A stretch of DNA of 64,000 bases from an uncultured Ignavibacteria bacterium (GTDB lineage Bacteria; Bacteroidota; Ignavibacteria; Ignavibacteriales; Melioribacteraceae). This document shows positions 46,769 to 57,481 of the stretch, one piece after another; the stretch's first letter is position 1, and each line of letters opens with the position of its first letter. The position numbers were made by a program, and so were the translations under genes. The notes beneath the pieces are model-generated. The model was not told the origin of the DNA and ran no database searches. It saw only the letters and a list, made by a program, of their open reading frames with translations. The stretch is from contig CAVVVP010000001.1 of NCBI GenBank assembly GCA_963751695.1, positions 58,470 to 122,469 on the forward strand. Direction: 5' to 3'.

Positions 46769-48055
46769 ATGAATACGAATTTAATCCGTGGGATTAAAAG
46801 GTGGGATCTTGTTGCAATTCTACTTAATGGTGTAATTGGTGCTGGAATCTTTGGACTTCCATCAAAAGTGCAAGCAATTGTCGGTTCTTATAGTCTTCTA
46901 GCCTATCTAGTATGCGCATTTTTAATCTTACTTATAATTATGTGTTTTGCCGAAGTAGGAAGTAGATTTAAAGAAACAGGAGGACCATATATTTATGCTT
47001 ACAAATCATTTGGACCACATATAGGTTTTGGAATCGGCTGGTTGGTTTGGTTATCAAGAGTAACCGCCTTTGCAGCTCTATGTAATCTTTTAATCGATTA
47101 TCTCAGCTTCATATATCCAGCTGCAACAATTGGAATAACTAGAATAATTATAATTAGTCTTATAGTCCTTGGTTTGACCCTAATCAATCTTCTTGGGGTT
47201 AGAAAAGCAGCAATAACTATCAATTTCTTTACAATTGCTAAGTTGATTCCACTGATAGTGTTCATTATTTGGGGACTATTTTATATAAATATTTCAAATT
47301 TTACATTTGAAAATGAGCTAACTTTTGATTCGCTTTCAACGAGTGTACTTCTTCTGATATTTGCATTTAGCGGCTTCGAGGTAGGTGTGATACCAACAGG
47401 TGAGATTAGGAATCCGCGGAAAAATATTCCATTTGCTATGTTTACATTAATAGCTGTGGTGGTTGCACTTTATCTTTTAATTCAATTTGTCAGCATCGGT
47501 ACTTTTCCTGATCTATCAACATCAAACCAGCCTCTTGCTGAAGCAAGTAGGTTGTTTATGGGTAATACTGGAGCGGTTTTTATAACTCTAGGAGCATTGG
47601 TATCAATTACAGGGACATTGAACTCAACAATGCTTTCGGGACCAAGAGCGCTCTTTGCAATTGCAGAGCAAGGTCAGTTCCCAAAGTTTTTTGCATCTGT
47701 AAATCCTAGATTTCACACCCCTCATTATGCAATAATTATCTCCGGACTGGTTGTACTAATTTTAAGTATTGGAGGAGATTTTATTTCAGCTGTAAAAATT
47801 AGTACTGTAATTAGACTAATAACCTACGCTATTACCAGTGCTTCCTTACCAATTCTTCGTAGAAAAAGTAAAGATAGTTTATCAGGTGGATTTACCTCAC
47901 CGTTTGGCAAAATTATTTCTATAACTGCTCTAGTTTTAATTGCGTTGCTTTTTACAACAATAACAACTGGAGAAGTGCTCAATCTTATAGCAGCAATTAT
48001 GATTGGTTTCGTTCTCTATTTACCATATTTGATTTTTAAAAAACGTAGGAAGTAA
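46769..48055 (+). CDS. APC-superfamily amino acid permease
   Basis: 428 aa, 12 predicted TM helices, with N-terminal NGVIGAGIFGLPS and FAFSGFE motifs. Confidence 0.85.
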   Translation: MNTNLIRGIKRWDLVAILLNGVIGAGIFGLPSKVQAIVGSYSLLAYLVCAFLILLIIMCFAEVGSRFKETGGPYIYAYKSFGPHIGFGIGWLVWLSRVTAFAALCNLLIDYLSFIYPAATIGITRIIIISLIVLGLTLINLLGVRKAAITINFFTIAKLIPLIVFIIWGLFYINISNFTFENELTFDSLSTSVLLLIFAFSGFEVGVIPTGEIRNPRKNIPFAMFTLIAVVVALYLLIQFVSIGTFPDLSTSNQPLAEASRLFMGNTGAVFITLGALVSITGTLNSTMLSGPRALFAIAEQGQFPKFFASVNPRFHTPHYAIIISGLVVLILSIGGDFISAVKISTVIRLITYAITSASLPILRRKSKDSLSGGFTSPFGKIISITALVLIALLFTTITTGEVLNLIAAIMIGFVLYLPYLIFKKRRK

Positions 48056-48061
48056 ATTGCT

Positions 48062-49563
48062 TTAACTTAAAAACATTTCTAATCTCGATTCCCACGACTC
48101 ATAACTTTCTTTATATCTTTTTACAAGTTCTTTGTTAGGTTCAATCACTTTTAGCTTTTTAAACCCAATGAATGCTTCTTCAAAAGAACTATACACATTT
48201 GCACCAAAACCTGCACCTCTCGCCGCACCTTGTGCTCCATCTGTGTTGTAGAGTTCCACAGTAGATTCTGATGAATTTGCTATTGCTTCAGAAAATATAT
48301 TACTTAGGAACATATTTGCTTTACCTGCTCGCATAGTATTCACTTCAATTCCCATTTCTTTCATTATATCAATTCCATATTTAAATGAAAATGCTATCCC
48401 TTCTTGAGCAGCACGAATAATATGAGCCCTAGAATGATTATTGAAATCTAATCCTAATATTTGACTACCAATATTTTTATTTTTTAGTACTCTTTCTGCT
48501 CCATTACCAAAAGGTAGAATTGTTATCCCCTCAGAACCAACTGGAATTTTGCTTGCTTGATTGTTTAATTGCTCGTAAGTATCGCCTGATCTCATAATTT
48601 CATTCTTCAACCAATTATACAAAATTCCGGTTCCATTGATACATAAAAGCACACCTTTAGTTGGATATTGGTTAGTGTAATTCACATGGGCAAAACTATT
48701 TACTCTAGAAAATTTATCATATGAATTTTCCTCAACTAATCCATAAACAACTCCAGATGTTCCAGCAGTGGTAGCAATTTCTCCTGGATTCAAGCACATT
48801 TAGTGAAAAAGCATTATTTGGCTGATCACCGGCTCTATAACTTATTGGGATTCCAGGTTTAAGTCCTAAGTTCGCTGGCAGCTTCTTTGCTAAGCATTCC
48901 TTGAGTACTAAAAGTAGGAACAATTTCTGGAATTAAATTTTCATCAATTGAATAATAGTTTAATAAATTCTCAGCAATTTCATTTTTTTGAAAATCCCAA
49001 AAAATACCTTCACTGAGACCAGAAATCGTTGTATTTATTTCACCTGATAATTTAAATGCAATATAATCTCCAGGAAGCATTATCTTATAAATATCTCTCA
49101 AAAATATCCGGTCTATTATCCTTTACCCATTTTAATTTGAAGCTGTAAAGTTTCCTGGCGAGTTTAAGACAATTTCCAAGACAATATTCAGAACCCAACT
49201 CAATAAAGGCTTTATCACCAATGTCAACTGCTCTACTATCACACCAAATAATTGATGGATAGAGAACATCTTTATTTTTATCGACCATCACTAATCCATG
49301 CATTTGATATGAAATTCCAATACCCGATACTTCATAGTTATTCGATGGAACTTGAGATATTGCATTTATTACAAGCAATTATTAAATGATTCCACCAATC
49401 ATCTGGATGTTGTTCTGCCCAACCAACATTGTGGTGAATCAATTTTCATTTCAGTTTCTGGTGAAAATGCAGAGCTGACTAATTCACCAGTTTCACTATC
49501 TAATAATAGAAACTTTAACTGAGGAACTTCCAATATCAAAACCAATTAAATAATTATTTGTCA
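48062..49563 (-). pseudogene. xylB: xylulokinase (FGGY family), broken by at least eight small indels
   Basis: Five ORF-track fragments (48062..48799, 48732..48923, 48859..49101, 49085..49378 and the unlisted N-terminus MTNNYLIGFDIGSSSVKVS from ATG 49563) tile one FGGY kinase when frames are switched near 49500, 49430, 49365, 49165, 49136, 49090, 48866 and 48792. Confidence 0.85.
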
Positions 49564-49575
49564 TTTTATTTCTCT

Positions 49576-50266
49576 TTATAGTTGAAAATTAAATCCATTT
49601 TTCCTTAATTTTTCATAAGCTTTAGAATCAAATTTATATAATCTTGCAGCTCTATGTGCAACTCCCTTTTGATAATCATTAAGTGGAATAAGCATATTTA
49701 AACCAAGTATTTTCTTTCTAAAATTTCTTTTATCAAGATTTTCATCCAAAATACATTCATACAAGTTTTGCAATTGAGTTAAGTGAAAATTTTTTTGGAA
49801 GAAGTTCAAATCCAATTGGTTTGTATCTAACTCTTTGCTTTAATTGATTTAATGCTCTTTTAAATATATCTATCATGATCGAAAGGAAGATTTAGTTTTA
49901 TCATCAACATTTATGCCATTTTACATCAGTTGTATCAATACCCGGTTTTAGAGAATGTTTTTCCGGATCAATTAAAGCAAAATATGCAACCGTAATAACT
50001 CTTCTATTAGGGAAACGATCAATTTTGCTAAATGCATGAACTTGTTCAAGATAAATATTTTTCACATTACTTGTTTCTTCTAAAATTCTTACAGCTGCTT
50101 CATCAAGAGTTTCAGTCTTTAAGAACAAATCCACCTGGTAATGCCCAAGCTGCCTTTTTCAGGATTTCTTTTTCTTTTAATTAATAATACTTCAAGATGT
50201 ATTATTCTCAAATCCAAATACTACACAATCAACGGATAAATTTTTAATTATTTTCTTTAGAATCAT
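49576..50266 (-). pseudogene. NrtR/AraR-type Nudix-family transcriptional regulator, frameshifted
   Basis: Fragments 49904..50134 (Nudix fold: ETLDEAAVRILEETSNV) and 49576..49815 (C-terminal wHTH: LDKRNFRKKILGLNML...HRAARLYKF), plus an N-terminal MILKKIIKNLSVDCVVFGFENN from ATG 50266 in other frames. Confidence 0.65.
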
Positions 50267-50289
50267 GAGACAATAGTTATTCCTATACT

Positions 50290-50331
50290 TAGTGTTAAAA
50301 TTACACAATACTTATTGTATTTATTACACTA
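50290..50331. promoter_or_regulatory. nested inverted repeats in the regulator/xylA divergent promoter, candidate operator
   Basis: ACAATA-ct-TATTGT (50305..50318) flanked by TAGTGT (50290..50295) / ACACTA (50326..50331). TTACAC occurs twice. TATAAT at 50332..50337. Confidence 0.3.
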
Positions 50332-50383
50332 TATAATTATATTTATTTTATATCAATTTACAACAAAAAAGTGAGAGATAGAA

Positions 50384-51726
50384 ATGTCAGTGAAATTAAC
50401 AATTGGGAGATAAAGAATATTTTAAAGGAATTTCTCAAATAATATTTGAAGGAAAAAATTCTAAAAATCCACTTAGCTTTTAAATATTATGATCCGGATA
50501 AAAGTTGTTGCAGGTAAAAAAATGGTTGATCATTTTAGATTTGCAATTGCATATTGGCATTCATTCGGAGCAAATGGTGGCGATCCATTTGGACCCGATA
50601 CGAAAAATTATCCATGGTTGACAAATCCTGATCCAATCAAAAAGCTAAAGAGAAAATGGATGCAGCGTTTGAATTTATTACTAAACTTGGTGTGCCATTT
50701 CTATTGTTTTCATGATTTTGATCTAGTTGAAGAAGGGAGTTACAATTCAGAAAGTGAATAAAGATTAAAAGCTATTGTGGAATATGCAAAACAGAAGCAA
50801 ACGAATCTGGTGTAAAATTACTTTGGGGAACTGCGAATGTTTTTTCTAATCCTACGATATATGAATGGAGCTTCAACAAATCCTGATTTTAATGTTCTTA
50901 CATATGCAGCAACACAAGTAAAGAATGCAATTGATGCAACAATAGAATTAGGTGGAGAGAATTATGTATTCTGGGGTGGACGAGAAGGATATATGTCACT
51001 GCTTAAATACTGATATGAAAAGAGAATTAGATCATTTGGGAATGTTTCTTAAATAAAGCAAAAGATTATGGCAGAAAAAATGGTTTTAAAGGTACATTTT
51101 TAATTGAGCCAAAACCAATGGAACCAATGAAACATCAATATGATTTTGATACAGCAACTGTAATTGGATTTTTACGAGAATATGATTTATTAGATGATTT
51201 TAAATTAATATTGAAGTTAATCATGCGACCTTGGCAAGCCATACTTTCCAACATGAATTACAGGTAGCAGCAAATGCTGGACTACTTGGCAGTATTGATG
51301 CCAATCGAGGTGATTATCAAAATGGATGGGATACCGATCAATTTCCAATTAATTTGTATGAAATTACTGAAGCAATGTTGGTTATTCTTAAAAGCTGGTG
51401 GACTTACAACTGGTGGAATTAATTTTGATGCAAAAACTAGAAGAAATTCTACTGACCTTGAAGATTTATTTATTAGTCATATTTCTGGAATGGATGTTTT
51501 TGCAAGATCATTATTGATTGCTGATGATATATTAAAGAATTCAGATTATAATCAAATTGGTAAGCAAACGATATGCAAGTTATGATAAAGGAAAAGGAAA
51601 AGAATTTGAGGAAGGTAAACTTGGGTCTAGAAGAATTAAGGAAATTAGCACATAGAAAATGGTGAACCTAAAAGAACAAGTGGAAAACAAGAGTTATTTG
51701 AGTCAATTATTAATAATAAAATCTAG
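50384..51726 (+). pseudogene. xylA: xylose isomerase, broken by a dozen or more small indels
   Basis: All XylA signature stretches are present but spread over three frames: [93 protein letters not shown] and a C-terminal SGKQELFESIINNKI*. Confidence 0.9.
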
Positions 51727-51735
51727 TTAATAATT

Positions 51736-51767
51736 TATACTCCCAAACAAAAGTGTTTGGGAGTATA
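51736..51767. terminator. bidirectional terminator hairpin between convergent xylA and the symporter gene
   Basis: TATACTCCCAAACA-aaag-TGTTTGGGAGTATA, perfect 14-bp arms. Confidence 0.65.
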
Positions 51768-51805
51768 AACCCACAAAGGATCTTCACTTCAAAATTTTTC
51801 TACTT

Positions 51806-53562
51806 TTATCCAGTAAAATACAAATATGCCATAAGGATTAATAAAATTACTACACCCGAAGTAATAACATCCAGCCTAGTCCAGCTATCTCTTGTCTCTT
51901 GTTTATCTTTATCTGAGACTAAACCAAATGCTAAACCACTATTTTTTTATAATCTGGTTCCTCTGTCATATAACTAACTATAAACATTACTGCTGCTGAG
52001 ACTATAAATATTATCAATCCGTAGTACTGAAAAAATATATTATTAATTATCCAGAAGAATGATCCCTGATCGTAAGTAAAACCTTCAATCATTTTAACCG
52101 GAGTATCAATTGCAAGTCTAATTATACCTAATGCAAAGCCTGAAATCATTGCAGCAAGACTACCTTTTGCATTTAACCTTTTGAAGAAAACACCAAAGAA
52201 AAACACAACAAATATAGGTGGTGCTAAATAAGCTTGAACTCCTTGCAAGTAATCGTATAAGCCTCTTCCCCCTTGTATTACTGGAATCCAGAGTAAGACC
52301 TATAATTACCATAACAACAGTAGCAATTCTTCCTATCCAACTAATTTTTCTTGAGAAACATCTGGTTTTATTCTTTGAGTAAAAATCCATTGTAAATAGT
52401 GTTGCGGATGCATTAAATACTCCAGCTAGTGAGCTCATTAACGCTGCCAAAAGCCCAGCTACCACAATTCCTCTGATACCAATCGGTAGGATTTGTGTAA
52501 CCAGTAATGGAAACGCTTTTTGTGCATTAACTCGAATTACTTCTCCATCTGGGCCGATCAGTTCATTTGCTATTTCTGGAGAAATACCTTGTTGTGCAAT
52601 AGCAAAAGCAATCATTCCGGGAATAATAAATATGAATACAGGCAATAATTTTAGAAATGCTGCTGCGATGGTCCCTCGTCTTGCTTCGGTTTGATTTGGA
52701 GCACCTAGAACTCGCTGTACAATGTACTGATCAGTTGTCCAATACCAAAGCCCAATAATTGGAGCTGCAAATAGCATTCCTATCCATGGATAATTATCAT
52801 TAAAATACCAAGCCATTTTTCCAGCTTCTTTTACTGGAGCCCATGTTGATTCAATGCCAGCCGGTACAAGCGGTTTCCAGAGATTAAACATTTCGGAATC
52901 TAGAGAAGCTCTAAATGCGTCCCAACCACCCAATGCTTCTAAACCAAAATAATGTCACTAATAATGATCCCAATAATTAAAATGATGGTTTGAAGAGCCT
53001 CTGTATACGCAACAGCTCTTAATCCACCGAGGATAGTATAAAGTCCAGTTAAAATGATTACAAGAATAGATCCGATCCAAAAACTATCTAAGCCTAAGAA
53101 ATTAATATCAGGAAGTAAAACACCAAACACAATTCCACCGGCAAAAATACCAACAGCAATTTTTGTCAAGACATACGCAATTAATGAAATAAGTGAGAGT
53201 ACAGTTCTTGATGCTGGAGAAAACCTTTTTTCTAGAAATTCAGGCATTGTAAACACTTTTGATCTCATATAGAAAGGAGCCATAACCCATCCTAATACAA
53301 GTAAGCACCATGCATGTAATTCATAATGAGCCATTGCCACACCATCTGTTGTTCCTGATCCTGCTAAACCAACAAGATGTTCAGAGCCAATGTTTGATGC
53401 AAATATGGAAGCACCCACTACAAACCATCCAAGATTTCGACCAGCAAGGAAGTAATCCTCCGAATTTTTAGTTTTTTGCTTTATAACCCACCAGGCTAAA
53501 CCTAGTATTACTCCAAAATATAAAAGGATAATCATCCAATCTAAGGTATGTAGTGTTGACAT
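51806..53562 (-). pseudogene. sodium:solute symporter (SSS/SGLT family sugar transporter), frameshifted at several sites
   Basis: Fragments 52939..53562, 52160..52933 and 51931..52248 plus a tail to the TAA at 51806 tile one SGLT-type carrier. One junction, ...SDII|FGLEALGGWDAF, is restored by reading the T4 run near 52945 as T5. Another lies in an A7 run near 51945. Confidence 0.85.
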
Positions 53563-53584
53563 AAAGGCTCCTATACAAAGTGAT

Positions 53585-55081
53585 TTATTTATTTAAGTAG
53601 TAAGCTGAATTCCATTTTAATTCATTTTTGAATTCTCTTAATTTAGTTTCTGAATCAATTAAGAGATATTCCATTCCAGCTATCGCAGCAAAATCTTCCA
53701 TATATTCTGAACCAATAGCCATTGAAAATCCAGTATGATGAGCTCCACCTGCATGAATCCAAGCAGCTGCCCCGATTTCTAGATTAGGTTTGGGAATCCA
53801 CATTACTCGTGCGACTGGGAGCTTGGGAAAATCTTGTTCTGGCTTTACAACTTCAACTTCGTTTACAATTAATCTGAATCTATTACCCATATCAATTACT
53901 GAAGCGTTAATCCCTTTACCTGAATCGACATTGAATACTAGTCTGGCAGGATCATTTTTACCGCCAATGCTTAATGGATGAACTTCAAGATTAGGTTTTT
54001 CATTGGCAATTGTTGGACAAATTTCAAGCATATGTGATCCTAAACATTGCATATTTCTAGGATCTAGATGGTAAGTATAATCCTCCATAAATGAAGTACC
54101 CCCATTAAGTCCAGAACTCATAACTTTCATTGCCCTTAATAAAGCAGATGTCTTCCAATCTCCCTCAGCTCCAAAGCCATATCCATCTGCCATAAGTCTT
54201 TGAACAGCAATACCAGGTAATTGTTTTAATCCATGGAGATCTTCGAATGTTGTCGTAAATCCTTTAAAGTTACCAAGCTCTAAAAATTTCCTCATTCCTA
54301 ATTCTATCTGTGCAGCATCTCTAACCGCATCATGATTTTCACCACCTTTTTTTGAATCTGAATTGAATGAATAAGTATCTGCATATTCCTCAACAAGTTT
54401 ATCAATCTCTGCTTCAGTAATTTCATTCACAAAAGCCACAAGATCGCCAATACCGTAACCATTTACTGAGTATCCAAATCTTATTTGTGCTTCAACTTTA
54501 TCACCCTCAGTAACCGCTACTTCCCTCATGTTGTCACCAAAACGAGCAATCTTTGCACCTTGAGCATCATTCCATGCTGCTGCTGCTCTCATCCAAACAG
54601 ATAATCTTTTTTGTACATGATCACTTTTCCAATGACCAACAACCACTTTCCTCTCAATTCCCATTCTTGAACAGATAAATCCAAATTCTCTTCCACCGTG
54701 AGCAGATTGGTTGAGATTCATAAAATCCATATCAATATCAGCATAAGGTATATCTTGATTATACTGAGTGTGCAGATGGAGAAAAGGTTTTTGTAAAGTT
54801 TTGAGACCAGAAATCCACATTTTTGCTGGTGAGAAGGTATGCATCCACATTATTAAACCAATACATTCATGAGAACTATTAGCTTCTAAACAAAGATTTA
54901 AAATCGATTCTGGTGAAGTTAGAACTGGTTTAAAAATAACTCTTACTGGAATTTCTTTAGAATCATTTAATCCTTTTACTATTTCCTGTGAGTGCATAGC
55001 AACTTGTTTAAGTGTTTCTTCACCGTATAGATTCTGGCTACCAGTTACAAACCATATTTCAAAACTTTTAATTTCTATCAT
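53585..55081 (-). CDS. araA: L-arabinose isomerase
   Basis: 498 aa, uninterrupted, with [16 protein letters not shown] at the N-terminus and [10 protein letters not shown], typical AraA. Confidence 0.95.
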   Translation of the reverse strand: MIEIKSFEIWFVTGSQNLYGEETLKQVAMHSQEIVKGLNDSKEIPVRVIFKPVLTSPESILNLCLEANSSHECIGLIMWMHTFSPAKMWISGLKTLQKPFLHLHTQYNQDIPYADIDMDFMNLNQSAHGGREFGFICSRMGIERKVVVGHWKSDHVQKRLSVWMRAAAAWNDAQGAKIARFGDNMREVAVTEGDKVEAQIRFGYSVNGYGIGDLVAFVNEITEAEIDKLVEEYADTYSFNSDSKKGGENHDAVRDAAQIELGMRKFLELGNFKGFTTTFEDLHGLKQLPGIAVQRLMADGYGFGAEGDWKTSALLRAMKVMSSGLNGGTSFMEDYTYHLDPRNMQCLGSHMLEICPTIANEKPNLEVHPLSIGGKNDPARLVFNVDSGKGINASVIDMGNRFRLIVNEVEVVKPEQDFPKLPVARVMWIPKPNLEIGAAAWIHAGGAHHTGFSMAIGSEYMEDFAAIAGMEYLLIDSETKLREFKNELKWNSAYYLNK

Positions 55082-55101
55082 TATATTTTCCTTAGAACAA
55101 T

Positions 55102-55794
55102 TTATTTCTGTCCGTAATATGCATTTGGACCGTGTTTTCGTTGATAGTGTTTGTCTCTAATATAATTTTCAATTGGTTCTATTTCAGAATTCAATTGGAA
55201 GGTCCCGTAGGCCATTTCAGCAACCCTCTCTAATATAAGACTATGCTTTACAGCTTCACTGGCATCCTTACCCCAAGTGAATGGTGCATGAGAAGCAACC
55301 AAAACTCCTGGAATACTTAAAGGATCGAGGTTGGTAAATCGCTCAATAATAACGCTGCCAGTATTCTTTTCATAATTCTCATTTACTTCTTCTTCGCTGA
55401 GAATTCTGGTTAAAGGTACATTTCCATAGAAATGATCTGCATGAGTAGCACCAAAACAAGGTATTTCTATTTCGGCTTGCGCAAACATTGTAGCATATTT
55501 ACTATGGCTATGTGCTATTCCACCAATCTGATCAAAATTTTTGTATAGCTCAAGGTGAGTTTGAGTATCTGACGAAGGTTTCCATTTCCCCTCAACAATG
55601 CTACCCTCCATATCCACAACAACAATGTCATCTGCTTTCATTACATTATAATCTACTCCGCTGGGTTTAATAGCAACCAATCCTTCAGTTCTATCTATAC
55701 CACTTACATTTCCCCACGTTAGGGTTACTAATCCATACTCAACAAGTTTATGATTAGCTTCAACTACTTGTTCTTTTAAGTGTTTAATGTTCAC
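55102..55794 (-). CDS. araD: L-ribulose-5-phosphate 4-epimerase
   Basis: 230 aa, class II aldolase fold, with [16 protein letters not shown] and HSHSKYAT. Confidence 0.95.
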   Translation of the reverse strand: MNIKHLKEQVVEANHKLVEYGLVTLTWGNVSGIDRTEGLVAIKPSGVDYNVMKADDIVVVDMEGSIVEGKWKPSSDTQTHLELYKNFDQIGGIAHSHSKYATMFAQAEIEIPCFGATHADHFYGNVPLTRILSEEEVNENYEKNTGSVIIERFTNLDPLSIPGVLVASHAPFTWGKDASEAVKHSLILERVAEMAYGTFQLNSEIEPIENYIRDKHYQRKHGPNAYYGQK

Positions 55795-55795
55795 T

Positions 55796-57481
55796 TTATT
55801 GTCTCCTAATAGAATCGCGAATATCGAGCAGATCTTTCATAACGTTGAAAAGGTTTTCACTGTTCTCTTTAACTCCAAATCCATCATGAAGTTGTTTATA
55901 GAGGGCATAAATCTTTTTATAAACTTCATGATTTTCTGGAATTGGATTATAAACTTTATCTGTTCCCGTCATCGCTATTTGTGCTGATTCAACATCCTCA
56001 TATTCACCAGCTGATACTGCTCCAAATAGTGCAGCACCGAGTGCGGGGGTTTGTTCACTTCTTGAGACTTTCATTGGACGATTTGTAATATCGGCATAGA
56101 TTTGCATTAACAGAGTATTTTTTATCGCCAAACCACCACAGTTAACAACCTCATTGATTGGAACTCCATTCTCTTCAATTCTATCGATAATCGCCAATGA
56201 TCCAAATGCTGTAGCTTCAATTAAAGTTCTGTACACTTCATGTGCTTTTGTATGGAGAGTCTGTCCCAACAAGAGTCCGGTTAGTCTAACATCAACCAAC
56301 ACAGTTCGATTTCCATTATTCCAATCGAGAGCAAGTAATCCGCTTTCTCCCGGATTTAAATTTTCTGCTTCTCTTTCAAGGTTCTGGAATTTCTCATCAA
56401 GTGTGTTACCATAACTTTCCGGAACTAGGTTCTTCACAAACCAGAGAAAGATATCGCCAACGGCAGACTGTCCCGCTTCAATTCCAAAATACCCCCCTTT
56501 CACTGAACCATCAACCACTCCACACACCCCCGGAATATCAGTCAAATTTTCTTTATTTGGCCAAACCATGATATCGCAAGTACTCGTACCAAGAATTTTT
56601 ATAAGTGTACCGACTTTCACTCCAGCACCTACAGCACCCATATGAGCATCGAAAGCTCCTACTGATACTGCTACGTCTCTTGATAAACCAAGTTTTTCTG
56701 CCCACTCCGGTGAAAGATTTCCCATTTTTTCTTCTGATGGGAAAGATCTTTCGTAAAGTTTTTTTCTCATCTCAGATAGTTTCGGAGATAGTTCTCTTAG
56801 AAATTCTTCATCCGGCAGTCCGCCCCATTGCTCACTATACATCGCCTTATGTCCAGCAGCACATACACTTCTTTTTATCTTTTCTGGATTTGTATCACCG
56901 ACTAAAATGGCGGGTATCCAATCACAAATTTCTACAAAACTTTCTGCAGCATCAAATACATCCGTATGATCCTTGGAGCATTTCCAGAGTTTGCTCCAAA
57001 ACCATTCTGAAGAATAAACTCCACCAATTTTTGCTAAATAATCTGGACGAATCTCAGACGCCTTTTTTGTTATTTCTGCTGCTTCAATATAGCTCGTATG
57101 ATCTTTCCATAACCAGACCATTGCAGCTGGATTATCCTTGAATTCTTCTTGATAGCAAAGAGGCATACCTTTAGAATCAACAGGCATTGGACTACTTCCA
57201 GTAGTATCAACTCCAATTCCAACAACCTTCTCAGGTGAAAAATTTTGATCGCTCTCTCGTGCTTTTACTAAAGCTTCCTTAATTGTAACCTCGATTCCGA
57301 CTGTATAGTCGCTTGGATTTTGACGAGCAACATTGGGATCATACTTGTCTAAAATTACACCAGCTTCACCAGAGGGGTATGAAAACACATGGCTCGCTAG
57401 TTCTTTTCCATTTGAAATATCAACAACTAATGATCGGCAGGAATTAGTCCCATAGTCTAGACCTATTGCATACTTTGACAT
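55796..57481 (-). CDS. araB: ribulokinase (FGGY family, long AraB type)
   Basis: 561 aa with YAIGLDYGTNSCRSLVVD. Forms araB-araD-araA in near-contiguous spacing. Confidence 0.9.
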   Translation of the reverse strand: MSKYAIGLDYGTNSCRSLVVDISNGKELASHVFSYPSGEAGVILDKYDPNVARQNPSDYTVGIEVTIKEALVKARESDQNFSPEKVVGIGVDTTGSSPMPVDSKGMPLCYQEEFKDNPAAMVWLWKDHTSYIEAAEITKKASEIRPDYLAKIGGVYSSEWFWSKLWKCSKDHTDVFDAAESFVEICDWIPAILVGDTNPEKIKRSVCAAGHKAMYSEQWGGLPDEEFLRELSPKLSEMRKKLYERSFPSEEKMGNLSPEWAEKLGLSRDVAVSVGAFDAHMGAVGAGVKVGTLIKILGTSTCDIMVWPNKENLTDIPGVCGVVDGSVKGGYFGIEAGQSAVGDIFLWFVKNLVPESYGNTLDEKFQNLEREAENLNPGESGLLALDWNNGNRTVLVDVRLTGLLLGQTLHTKAHEVYRTLIEATAFGSLAIIDRIEENGVPINEVVNCGGLAIKNTLLMQIYADITNRPMKVSRSEQTPALGAALFGAVSAGEYEDVESAQIAMTGTDKVYNPIPENHEVYKKIYALYKQLHDGFGVKENSENLFNVMKDLLDIRDSIRRQ

